From Candidatus Omnitrophota bacterium (lineage in GTDB: Bacteria > Omnitrophota > Gorgyraeia > Zapsychrales > Zapsychraceae): a DNA stretch of 64,000 nucleotides. Location of the stretch: contig JAIORP010000197.1 in assembly GCA_021108075.1 (NCBI GenBank), forward strand, positions 20,509 through 84,508. The letters run 5' to 3'. Of this stretch, positions 48,914 to 58,247 are shown piece after piece. The notes beneath the pieces were generated by a model, which saw only the letters and a program-made list of their open reading frames with translations, was not told the DNA's origin and ran no database searches. Within the stretch, counting starts at the first letter, position 1. Each line of letters starts with the position of its first letter. The position numbers were made by a program, and so were the translations under genes.

Positions 48914-48993
48914 TACCAATTCCATTAAATAATGACCAAAACCAATTTTGCTTTTCAGAATTACGATAGAACAATTTATTAATGGATTTGGTA
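48914..48993 (+). mobile_element. MITE-like element copy 5 (80-bp core form)
   Basis: TACCAATTCCATTAAATAATGACCAAAACCAATTTTGCTTTTCAGAATTACGATAGAACAATTTATTAATGGATTTGGTA. TAA on the left flank and TGA on the right. Confidence 0.8.
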
Positions 48994-49020
48994 TGATCAC
49001 ATCGTAAAGAAAGGACTTGC

Positions 49021-49425
49021 ATGAAAACCAAACCCTATTTCTTATCTGTAAAAGCTTTGGTCAAGACTTCTGATGACCTATATTTATTATTACAACGCTC
49101 AGCAACGTCAAAAAATCACCCCGGATACTGGGAATTCCCGGGAGGAAAAATCGATCCGGGTGAAAGTTTTGATGTCGCCTTAGAACGCGAAATCAAAGAA
49201 GAAACCGGATTGACTGTTTCATTAATTAAGGTCATGGGTTCGGCTGAATCGGAAATAATTGACCGCCGCATCGCCTATATCATCATGCAAGCGGATGTCG
49301 AAGGACCGTCAGACATCCAATTAAGCGAAGAGCATGATGATTTCAAATGGGTGGCGAAAAAAGATATCGATGATTTTAACCTCTGTCCGCAGTTTATAGC
49401 GTTTGCCCAAGGAATGAAGGAATAA
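49021..49425 (+). CDS. NUDIX hydrolase
   Basis: Nudix box GGKIDPGESFDVALEREIKEETGL. 134 aa. Confidence 0.8.
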   Translation: MKTKPYFLSVKALVKTSDDLYLLLQRSATSKNHPGYWEFPGGKIDPGESFDVALEREIKEETGLTVSLIKVMGSAESEIIDRRIAYIIMQADVEGPSDIQLSEEHDDFKWVAKKDIDDFNLCPQFIAFAQGMKE

Positions 49426-49496
49426 ATAAAATCATATTTCAACACTTAGAATACTCATCTATTTTATGACGTTCCTTAAGAATCTGGAAACCACAT

Positions 49497-49556
49497 TATA
49501 CCAAATCCATAAATGACTTGTTCTATTTCAATTCTGGTCTTCTCGCTAAAGCGTCA
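49497..49556 (-). mobile_element. Half MITE (right arm only), inverted orientation
   Basis: The reverse complement reads GACGCTTTAGCGAGAAGACCAGAATTGAAATAGAACAAGTCATTTATGGATTTGGTATAA. This matches the right half of copy 1, including the internal hairpin arm. Confidence 0.6.
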
Positions 49557-50096
49557 AAAATTAAAAAATATTACGCCAGTTTAATTAGACATGTGACCGT
49601 TTTTAAATTAATTTTTTGCTTATTCACAAAAATAGAAAAATTTAAATATTTCAGTTATATTCCTCATTTTGCAAGCATCTTTTAAGAAAATCATTAGCTT
49701 CCACTTAAATCAAGCGCTACGGCGGTTCAAAGGATTATCCCCACCCAAATTCCTTACAAAGAGCAATATTTGTATGTTCTGCATGATAGACTGAAACATG
49801 CCGGTATGAGATCATTTAACTTCTCTCATTATAATTATTTGCAGCCAGGAACTCGGGATGATCCATAAAGTTAAATTTTGTTTATGAATATATATATTAA
49901 TAGGTATATATATTAAAATAAACCGATCCGCGCTTCTCCGCAGAATTTCATTGCATTATATAAGTATTATAGGTATAATCACTTCTTGAATTCGTTTACG
50001 CTATACGTACCATTTATTAGGGATTTAGCTGGAGATTTCTCTATATTGTTTATCGCCAAGGACTTCTTGGTCTAACACAATATCGTCAACATTTTT

Positions 50097-50173
50097 CGGA
50101 GCGTAGCGCAGGGGCTTAGCGCACTTGTATGGGGTACAAGAGGTCGAGAGTTCAAATCTCTCCGCTCCGACCA
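50097..50173 (+). tRNA. tRNA-Pro (anticodon GGG)
   Basis: Hand-folded cloverleaf. 7-bp acceptor stem CGGAGCG/CGCTCCG with C1:G72 and A73 (bacterial Pro identity). D-stem GCGC/GCGC with GG in the loop. Anticodon stem CTTGT/ACAAG, loop ATGGGGT (U33, anticodon GGG, G37). T-arm GAGAG-TTCAAAT-CTCTC. Encoded 3' CCA. Confidence 0.85.
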
Positions 50174-50212
50174 ATATAAAAATAATAATATCAAATTAGA
50201 GAAGATAACCTT

Positions 50213-50608
50213 ATGTTTAAAAAAAAACCAAAACCTATTTTCGATGAACGCCGGCAACATAAACGTATCGCCAAACAATTTATTTTGCATTATTATTTCC
50301 ATGACAAACCGAATAAAAAAGTTGAAATCACGCAGCTCAAAAACATCAGCATCGGAGGGATGTGCTTCATTTCGTCCAAGGCGATTGAACCCAATAAAGA
50401 AATCAAGATTGACTTGAAAACACCATATCTGGCCAATAAAGCCTATTTCAATGCCATTGTGCTTAATTCGCATGAACGTGTCGCCAATATCTTGTATGAA
50501 ACCCGGGTCAAGTTTGAACACTTGGACACAAAAACAGAAATTCTCGTGAAGCAAATGATGGAAGTCTTTCTTAAGGACCCAAAAGATATTCTCGGAGACG
50601 AGGGCTAG
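50213..50608 (+). CDS. PilZ-domain (c-di-GMP-binding) protein
   Basis: RRQHKR (RxxxR) followed by NISIGGMCFIS ((D/N)xSxGG). Confidence 0.65.
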   Translation: MFKKKPKPIFDERRQHKRIAKQFILHYYFHDKPNKKVEITQLKNISIGGMCFISSKAIEPNKEIKIDLKTPYLANKAYFNAIVLNSHERVANILYETRVKFEHLDTKTEILVKQMMEVFLKDPKDILGDEG

Positions 50609-50610
50609 TT

Positions 50611-51903
50611 ATGCGAAAAATCAATATTGGACTAATCGGATACGGCACAGTGGGTTCCGGCGTTGCCTTGTTTTTACAAAAACGGAAATCGATGATCCGC
50701 AAACGCTATCAGATTGATTTCAACATCAAATCGGTATGCGATTTAGATATTCATCAACGCGATACCAAAAGCATTAAGACGGCCCGTTTGACCACAAACT
50801 TCAACGACATCTTAAACGACACGTCGATTGATGTGGTCGTCGAGTTGATCGGGGGCACGCACCCCGCGAAAGAGATCGTCGTCGCAGCTTTAAAGAGCGG
50901 CAAAAATGTGGTCACAGCTAATAAAGCCCTCATCTCAAACTTCGGCAAAGAACTCTTTACCCTGGCCCGAAAGCATAACCGGCATCTTTATTTTGAATCT
51001 GCTGTCGGCGCGGGCATCCCCATCATCAAGACGTTGACCGAAGGTATTGTGGGCAATACCCATGACAGGGTTTACGGCATTGTAAACGGGACCTGCAATT
51101 ATATACTGACAGTCATGAAACGCCACAACTATACGTTTGAACGCGCCCTTAAAGACGCCCAGAAAAGGGGTTATGCCGAAAGTGATCCCACATTAGACAT
51201 TAACGGAATGGATTCCGCCCACAAATTAGCGATCCTGATCTATCTCGCTTTTGGAAAATTTGTATCCTTAAAAGACATTTATACCGAAGGGATTACCGAG
51301 ATATCCGCCGAAGATATTGAAAACGCCGACCAGATGGGGTTGACGATCAAACTGCTGGCGATCGCGAAAAAAGAAAAGAACCTCATCGAAGCCCGGGTTC
51401 ATCCCACGCTGATCCCTAAAGATCATCCGCTGGCGTCCATTCATGATGTCTTAAACGCGATCTATTTAAACGCGGATCCTCTGGGCGATATTCTCTTATC
51501 CGGAGAAGGCGCCGGCCAGATGGCAGCGGCTTCCGGCGTTGTGAGCGACCTGATCAACTACGCGTCAAAAACATTTGATACCGCCCTATACTGCAACCTC
51601 TACGATGAGAACGCCCAATTAAAGCTCAAAAAAATTGACGCGATTGAAACCAAATTTTATATCCGTTTCACGGTCATCGATCAACCCGGCGTTCTATCCA
51701 GGATATCCGGCATCTTAGGGAAACATCACATCAGCATCAATTCCGTCACCCAAAAAGCGCATAATAAAAAATCCGCCGTGCCGGTCATTATGCTAACGGA
51801 TTACACGACGGAGAAGAATATCGGTTTAGCCCTGAAAGCGATTCATAAATTACCGGTCATCAAAAGTAAACCCGTCGCGATTCGAATGGAGAAATTAGCG
51901 TGA
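50611..51903 (+). CDS. hom: Homoserine dehydrogenase
   Basis: [18 protein letters not shown]-binding start. Catalytic-domain length and C-terminal ACT-like domain. 430 aa. Confidence 0.85.
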   Translation: MRKINIGLIGYGTVGSGVALFLQKRKSMIRKRYQIDFNIKSVCDLDIHQRDTKSIKTARLTTNFNDILNDTSIDVVVELIGGTHPAKEIVVAALKSGKNVVTANKALISNFGKELFTLARKHNRHLYFESAVGAGIPIIKTLTEGIVGNTHDRVYGIVNGTCNYILTVMKRHNYTFERALKDAQKRGYAESDPTLDINGMDSAHKLAILIYLAFGKFVSLKDIYTEGITEISAEDIENADQMGLTIKLLAIAKKEKNLIEARVHPTLIPKDHPLASIHDVLNAIYLNADPLGDILLSGEGAGQMAAASGVVSDLINYASKTFDTALYCNLYDENAQLKLKKIDAIETKFYIRFTVIDQPGVLSRISGILGKHHISINSVTQKAHNKKSAVPVIMLTDYTTEKNIGLALKAIHKLPVIKSKPVAIRMEKLA

Positions 51904-52952
51904 AATGGAAAGGCGTTATTGAACAATACAAAGATTATTTACCGGTCACAAACAATACGCCGATTATCTCCCTGAATGAAGGCAACACCCCTTTAATTTT
52001 CTCTGACAAAATTTCAGAAATCGTCGGGCTGAATGTTTACCTGAAATATGAAGGGCTCAATCCCACGGGATCATTTAAAGACCGGGGCATGACCATGGCC
52101 ATCTCCAAAGCTCTTGAAGAAGGCTCCAGGGCGGTTATGTGCGCGTCAACAGGGAATACGTCGGCCTCAGCCGCGGCTTACTCCGGCCGCTGCGGGCTCA
52201 AATGCATCGTCCTGATCCCTGAAGGCAATATCGCGCTGGGCAAACTGGCGCAAGCCATGATCCATAACGCGACGGTTATCGCTATTCAAGGGAATTTTGA
52301 TGACGCACTGAACCTCGTGCGCGAGATCACCGCGAACTATCCCATCGCCCTGGTCAATTCTTTGAATCCTTACCGCATCGAGGGGCAAAAGACGGCTGCT
52401 TTTGAAATTTGCGATTTTCTCGGCGACGCGCCGGATTTCCATGCCATTCCGGTTGGTAATGCCGGAAATATTACGGCCTATTGGAAAGGGTACAGCGAAT
52501 ATTTTGAGGCCTTAAAAATCACGAAGACGCCTCAGATGCTCGGGTTTCAGGCTGCCGGAGCAGCGCCCATTGTCCTGGACAAAGTGGTTGAATCCCCGGA
52601 AACGATCGCGACAGCCATTCGTATCGGTAATCCGGCCAGCTGGGAAAAAGCCGTTAACGCGCGCGACGAATCAGGGGGGCTGATCGAGTCTGTCACCGAC
52701 GAGGAAATCATCAGCGCCTATAAATTATTGGCCCGATATGACGGGGTGTTCGTTGAACCGGCGTCAGCAGCGTCTGTCGCGGGATTACTCAAACTGACAG
52801 AAAACAAATATTTTGAAAATTCTTCCGGCAATATCGTCTGCACGCTTACCGGTCATGGACTAAAAGACCCCCAAACAGCTATTGATAATGTATCCAAGCC
52901 GGTCACGGTTAAGAATGATTTGAAGGCTGTTTTAGACATTATCGGTCTTTAG
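51900..52952 (+). CDS. thrC: Threonine synthase
   Basis: PLP Lys motif GSFKDRGMT. 350-aa short-type ThrC. Overlaps the hom stop (ATGA). Confidence 0.85.
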   Translation: MKWKGVIEQYKDYLPVTNNTPIISLNEGNTPLIFSDKISEIVGLNVYLKYEGLNPTGSFKDRGMTMAISKALEEGSRAVMCASTGNTSASAAAYSGRCGLKCIVLIPEGNIALGKLAQAMIHNATVIAIQGNFDDALNLVREITANYPIALVNSLNPYRIEGQKTAAFEICDFLGDAPDFHAIPVGNAGNITAYWKGYSEYFEALKITKTPQMLGFQAAGAAPIVLDKVVESPETIATAIRIGNPASWEKAVNARDESGGLIESVTDEEIISAYKLLARYDGVFVEPASAASVAGLLKLTENKYFENSSGNIVCTLTGHGLKDPQTAIDNVSKPVTVKNDLKAVLDIIGL

Positions 52953-53052
52953 CCTGACATCATAAGCTTGCGGCCTTCTTATATAAATAAAACGGACGCG
53001 GTACTAGCCATTTTTTTTCTTTTTTAAATTTATAACATGAGGTAACTGATTT

Positions 53053-53715
53053 ATGACACGACTATTAAGAGATATAAAAGTATTGATAACATCAGGTCCA
53101 ACCTGGGTGCCGATTGATGCCATGCGCGTTATTACAAATAAATCAACCGGATTAATGGGGCAAACATTGGCCAAACAATTTTCCAACGCAGGGGCCCAGG
53201 TCACTTTGCTGGAAGGCCCGGTGCTGAACAGCATTGAAGATATTGAATTCAACGTCAAATTAAAAAAATTTCAGTTTTTCAGCGAACTCGAAACCCTGTT
53301 CAAAAGGTCCCTGCGTCAAAAATACGACATGGTCCTGCACGCGGCCGCGGTATCCGACTATGAACTCAAAAAGGTCCCGAACAAAAAAATCCGTTCCGGC
53401 CAAAAGTCCCTGGACCTGAAACTGGAACCGACCACAAAACTCATTAATCAGGTCAAGAAGATCAGCCCAAAGACCTTTCTTGTGGGATTTAAGTGGGAGC
53501 CCAAAATATCTTTTTCAACGGTTAAGAAAGTAACCGCGTCTTTATTTCTAAAGGCGAAATGCGACATTGTAATCGCGAACACAACGGCCAATAATTCATA
53601 TACAGGATATATCGTCGACCAAAAAGCGAAGCAAACCATCCAGGTGAAATCCCGGGTGACTTTAGCCCAAGAATTGATTCAAATAGCTGAAAACCGCTTT
53701 AACACGCAAGAGTAA
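53053..53715 (+). CDS. coaB: Standalone phosphopantothenate-cysteine ligase (CoaB domain only)
   Basis: KVLITSGPTWVPIDAMRVITNKSTGLMG ... HAAAVSDYE ... VGFKWE ... VIANT aligns with the Dfp CoaB half. No flavoprotein CoaC half. Confidence 0.65.
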   Translation: MTRLLRDIKVLITSGPTWVPIDAMRVITNKSTGLMGQTLAKQFSNAGAQVTLLEGPVLNSIEDIEFNVKLKKFQFFSELETLFKRSLRQKYDMVLHAAAVSDYELKKVPNKKIRSGQKSLDLKLEPTTKLINQVKKISPKTFLVGFKWEPKISFSTVKKVTASLFLKAKCDIVIANTTANNSYTGYIVDQKAKQTIQVKSRVTLAQELIQIAENRFNTQE

Positions 53716-53722
53716 TATGTAA

Positions 53723-54922
53723 ATGAAATATATTGTCATTGTCCCTGACGGCATGGCCGATCAACCGTTAAAAGAATTAAACAACAGAACGCCTTTGCAG
53801 GTGGCCCGCACCACGAACATGGATTACCTGGCCCAAAATGGCATGATCGGACAAGTCCAAACGATTCCCCGGGGCATGCAACCCGGTTCGGAAGTGGGGA
53901 ATATGTCTATTCTCGGATATAATCCGGGCGTTTATTTATCCGGACGCGCGCCGTTGGAAGCTGCCAGCATGGGTATCACCCTGGCTGATGATGAGGTGGC
54001 CTTCCGCTGCAACCTCGTCACGGTCAACGGGCCGGTCATGGGCGATTACAGTGCCGGGCATATTTCATCCAGAGAAGCGAAGGTCTTAATCGAACATTTA
54101 AATGATCAACTCCGGTCCGGGCAGGTGGCCTTTTATCCCGGTAAAAGCTACCGCCATATCATGATCATCCAGGCGCGCCAACCCGAACAATATATCACCA
54201 TTAAAACAACACCGCCGCATGACATTATGGGCCGGAAGATCAACGCGTATTTACCGACAGGAACCCGGGCGCAAATGCTACAGAAGCTGATGGAACAATC
54301 GCGATCTTTGTTAGCCCATCACGAAATCAATAATGTGCGCGTGGACCTGAAAGAAAATCCGGCGAACATGATTTGGCTGTGGGGGCAAGGGGGACCGATC
54401 AAGCTGCCGTCCTACAGGGAAAAATATGGACTGGAAGGGGCCATTATTTCCGCGGTTGATCTCGTGCAGGGGCTGGGACGGGTGGCCGGATTAGAAGTTA
54501 TTGACGTCCCAAATATCACAGGGTATTATGATACAAATTATTTGGGGAAAGCCCGGTACGCGCTTAAAGCCTTGCAAAGTAAAGATTTTGTCTACGTTCA
54601 TATCGAAGCTCCGGATGAAGCCGGTCATAACGGTGACGTGCAGGAAAAAATCAACGCGATCGAACGGATCGACAAGGACGTGATTGGAACGGTCTTAAAT
54701 CATTTTAATCAACAGGATGATGTCCGCCTGATGGTTGTATCCGATCATCCGACACCATTGGCCCTCAGGACACACACATCTGATCCCGTTGGGTTTGTGA
54801 TGTACGGCAGCCGTATCCCGCAGCAAGGGGCTGATCGTTTTGATGAGACCACTGTGAAAGACAGAATGTTTATCGATAGCGGAGAGGATTTGATGCAAAC
54901 ATTCTTGAAAAAATATCTTTGA
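53723..54922 (+). CDS. ApgM-family (archaeal-type cofactor-independent phosphoglycerate-mutase-like) protein. Proposed non-orthologous homoserine kinase.
   Basis: MKYIVIVPDGMADQP ... metal-binding SDHPTP near the C-terminus. 399 aa. Embedded between hom-thrC and lysC. No canonical thrB is present in the block. Confidence 0.6.
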   Translation: MKYIVIVPDGMADQPLKELNNRTPLQVARTTNMDYLAQNGMIGQVQTIPRGMQPGSEVGNMSILGYNPGVYLSGRAPLEAASMGITLADDEVAFRCNLVTVNGPVMGDYSAGHISSREAKVLIEHLNDQLRSGQVAFYPGKSYRHIMIIQARQPEQYITIKTTPPHDIMGRKINAYLPTGTRAQMLQKLMEQSRSLLAHHEINNVRVDLKENPANMIWLWGQGGPIKLPSYREKYGLEGAIISAVDLVQGLGRVAGLEVIDVPNITGYYDTNYLGKARYALKALQSKDFVYVHIEAPDEAGHNGDVQEKINAIERIDKDVIGTVLNHFNQQDDVRLMVVSDHPTPLALRTHTSDPVGFVMYGSRIPQQGADRFDETTVKDRMFIDSGEDLMQTFLKKYL

Positions 54923-55368
54923 GGGATAGTATTTAATATTTAATATCTGGTATCTTGTATCTAGCGAGGTAATAACTGACATACTGGGTGATATCGTTGC
55001 GGATTATTTAATTTATTTTGCGTTGTTTAGTAAAAATTTCAATTGATTTCATCAAAAAGAGTATAAACATTTTCTTTTCATAGCATTGGGATCTTGCGCC
55101 GAAGTTGAGACTTTAATTGATATAGATTCAGAACTAAAATATATTTCACAATCTAAACATGAAGATGTTAAAACAAATTGTTCACGAAAGTCGAATGATT
55201 AGGAGTTTAAGAACAAAGTTATACTTGCAGAATAAAAAAAATTGAGACGTATTTACGAATATTATTTGTTTTTAATATACGCTATCTTTAATAATTCCAG
55301 CACCTCGAGATACTAGATACAAATTAAATAACAAAAATTATATCTTTTAAAGAAACAAGGAAGACATC

Positions 55369-56595
55369 ATGAAAAAACATATTGTTGTTCAGAAATATGG
55401 AGGATCATCTGTCGCGAATATCGACCGCATTAAAACGGTTGCCAAACGCATTGTTGACTCAAAGACAACAAACAATCATCTGGTTGTTGTTGTTTCCGCC
55501 CTGGGCGATACCACCGATGAATTAGAAGAGATGGCCTTCAGCATCACAAAAACCCCGCCGGAACGGGAAATGGATATGCTGATGTCCACCGGCGAACAGA
55601 TTTCCTGCGCCTTGCTGGCCATGGCCATCAAAACGATGGGGCGTGACGCGATTTCCTTAACAGGTCAACAAGTCGGCATTCAAACAGACAAAGCGCATAC
55701 CAGGGCGCGGATCCATACGATCTGCGGACAAAGAATCCGAAAGGCCTTAAGTAAAAACCAGATCGTTATTGTCGCCGGGTTTCAAGGTGTCAGCCTTGAG
55801 CAGGAGATCACAACCCTTGGCCGTGGAGGATCCGATTTAACCGCCGTGGCCCTGGCCCAGGCCCTTAAAGCCAAAGTCTGCGAAATTTACACAGACGTTA
55901 AAGGTATTTACACAACGGACCCACGCATTGTTAAGCAGGCCCGAAAAATTAAGACCATTACTTTTGATGAAATGATGGAAATGGCTTCATTAGGCGCGCA
56001 AGTGATGCAGGCGAGGTCTATCGAAGTTGCCAAAAAATTTAATATTCCTATTCACGTAAGATCAAGCTTTTCGAAGGAGGAAGGAACTATGATCGTGAAA
56101 AATAAAGAAAAATTAGAAGAGATAGCGGTCCGCGGCGTAACCAGGAATAAATCCGAAGCAAAAATTACGATCTGCGCCGTGCCTGACCAGCCCGGTATCG
56201 CCGCCAAAATTTTCTCGGCGGTCTCACAAACAGGCGCCAATGTTGATATCATTGTTCAAAATATCAGTCATACCCGTCATACCGATATTTCCTTCACCGT
56301 TCTTAAAAAAGATATCCATAAGGCTCTGACAGCGGCTAAAAAGATTGCCGAAAAAATTAAAGCAGGGGATGTGCTGCACGAAGACGATATCGCCCGTGTT
56401 TCGATTGTCGGTTCCGGTATGCGTTCACACACAGGGATTGCCGCTCTCATGTTTCAAACTCTAGCTAAAAACAAAATTAATATCGACATGATTTCCACGT
56501 CTGAAATCAGCATTTCCTGTATTATTTCATCCGAACAATCTGATAAAGCGGTTCAGGTTTTACACAAAGCCTTTAATTTAGACAAGATAAAATAA
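55369..56595 (+). CDS. lysC: Aspartate kinase (monofunctional, with two ACT domains)
   Basis: IVVQKYGGSSVANIDRIKTVAKRI ... VVVVSALGDTTDEL. 408 aa. Confidence 0.85.
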   Translation: MKKHIVVQKYGGSSVANIDRIKTVAKRIVDSKTTNNHLVVVVSALGDTTDELEEMAFSITKTPPEREMDMLMSTGEQISCALLAMAIKTMGRDAISLTGQQVGIQTDKAHTRARIHTICGQRIRKALSKNQIVIVAGFQGVSLEQEITTLGRGGSDLTAVALAQALKAKVCEIYTDVKGIYTTDPRIVKQARKIKTITFDEMMEMASLGAQVMQARSIEVAKKFNIPIHVRSSFSKEEGTMIVKNKEKLEEIAVRGVTRNKSEAKITICAVPDQPGIAAKIFSAVSQTGANVDIIVQNISHTRHTDISFTVLKKDIHKALTAAKKIAEKIKAGDVLHEDDIARVSIVGSGMRSHTGIAALMFQTLAKNKINIDMISTSEISISCIISSEQSDKAVQVLHKAFNLDKIK

Positions 56596-56607
56596 GAGGA
56601 CAATAGC

Positions 56608-58179
56608 ATGCCAAACATAACGATATATGACACAACCTTGCGGGATGGATCCCAGACAGAAGGGATATCCTTCTCCGTCAATGATAAAATAAAAATCGCG
56701 CAAAAACTCGATCAGTTCGGGGTGCATTACATTGAAGGGGGCTGGCCAGGGTCCAATCCCAAGGACCGCGACTTCTTTAATTATTATAAAAATAAAAAGT
56801 TGAAAAATGCCACGATCGCGTCATTCGGGTCAACCCGGCGGGCGAAAATCTCTGCCGCGGACGATATCAATCTGAAAGAATTGATCAAGTCAAAAACAAG
56901 GACTGTCACAATTTTTGGAAAGACATGGGATATGCATGTCACCGATGTCATCAAAACCACCTTAGATGAAAATCTAAACATGATCGCGGACTCCGTGAAA
57001 TTTCTTAAGCAAAAAAAGAAAGAAGTGTTTTATGACGCGGAGCACTTCTTTGATGGATACAAAGAAAACCCAAAATACGCCCTGCAAACATTGTTAGCCG
57101 CTCAAGAGGCAGGCGCGGACTGCATTATCTTATGCGATACCAACGGCGGAACATTGACACACGACGTATCACAAATCATCGGAGAGATCAAACCGCGTAT
57201 CGATGTGGATTTAGGGGTACACACTCATAACGATTTAGGACTGTCTGTGGCGAACAGCATCGCGGCTGTGGTAGCCGGTTGCGTCCATATTCAAGGCACG
57301 TTTAACGGCATCGGAGAACGCTGCGGGAATGCTGACCTGTGCACCTGTATCGGTATCCTGCACGCGAAAATGAAAATGAAAACAATACCGGCGAAAAATA
57401 TGCCCAAACTGCTGGAGACAGCGCACTTCATCAGTGAAATGAGCAACTGGAGGATTCCGGAGAATACCCCGTTTGTCGGTCAATCCGCCTTCGCGCATAA
57501 AGGCGGGGTTCACATTGACGCGATGTTAAAAAATTCAAAGGCCTATGAACAAGTCGACCCGCACGTTTTCGGCAATCACCGCCGTTATATCACCTCCGAA
57601 TTGGCAGGGAAGATGCCGATCATCCTGAAGGCCGAACAAATCGACGTCAAACTGGATAAGAAGTCCGCAGAGGCCAAAAAACTATTAAAGGACCTCCAGA
57701 AAAAAGAACACAGCGGGTATCAATTTGAAGGGGCGGAGGCATCCTTTGAACTGTTCATGAAAAGACACTTGAAAAAATACACATCCTTCTTTAAATTAGA
57801 AGGCTTTAAGGTTTCAACCGAAAAAAGATTTGACGGAAAAATATTCGCTGAGGCCTCCATACGTGTTAATGTTAACGGCGAGGAAAGATTCAGCGCGGCT
57901 GCCGGAGACGGCCCGGTTGATGCTTTAGACCAGGCCATGCGCCAGGCGTTAACGAAATTCTATCCGCGCATCAATGAAATGCATCTCAGTGATTTTAAAG
58001 TGCGCGTGATCGACACCCAGGCCGGGACCGCCGCGCGCGTCCGGGTTTTAATTGAATCAACAGACAACACCGACTCATGGACAACCGTCGGGGTGCATGA
58101 AAACATCATCGAAGCGAGCTGGGAAGCCTTGATCGACAGCATTGAGTATAAGCTATTAAAAGACGGTAAAAAGAAATAA
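56608..58179 (+). CDS. cimA: (R)-citramalate synthase / LeuA-family long-form
   Basis: ITIYDTTLRDGSQTEGISFSVNDKIKIAQKLDQFGVHYIEGGWPGSNPKD. 523 aa with LeuA-dimer-type regulatory C-terminus. Confidence 0.65.
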   Translation: MPNITIYDTTLRDGSQTEGISFSVNDKIKIAQKLDQFGVHYIEGGWPGSNPKDRDFFNYYKNKKLKNATIASFGSTRRAKISAADDINLKELIKSKTRTVTIFGKTWDMHVTDVIKTTLDENLNMIADSVKFLKQKKKEVFYDAEHFFDGYKENPKYALQTLLAAQEAGADCIILCDTNGGTLTHDVSQIIGEIKPRIDVDLGVHTHNDLGLSVANSIAAVVAGCVHIQGTFNGIGERCGNADLCTCIGILHAKMKMKTIPAKNMPKLLETAHFISEMSNWRIPENTPFVGQSAFAHKGGVHIDAMLKNSKAYEQVDPHVFGNHRRYITSELAGKMPIILKAEQIDVKLDKKSAEAKKLLKDLQKKEHSGYQFEGAEASFELFMKRHLKKYTSFFKLEGFKVSTEKRFDGKIFAEASIRVNVNGEERFSAAAGDGPVDALDQAMRQALTKFYPRINEMHLSDFKVRVIDTQAGTAARVRVLIESTDNTDSWTTVGVHENIIEASWEALIDSIEYKLLKDGKKK

Positions 58180-58247
58180 CGGACACAGACGTGACAAATC
58201 CCAAAAAAGGGGAAAAAACCTAAAAAGCGCGTTCGCCTGTTCCTGAC

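Noticed and set aside
50072-50554. 160-aa minus-strand ORF overlapping the tRNA-Pro gene and the PilZ gene
   Set aside because: It overlaps a confidently folded tRNA and is antisense to a motif-bearing PilZ ORF. It is an artefact.
54931-55368. Lysine riboswitch (L-box) or Thr-operon leader upstream of lysC
   Set aside because: I could not recognise the conserved L-box helices or core motifs by eye in this very AT-rich leader. It is left only as a low-interest repeat observation. A covariance-model scan would be needed.
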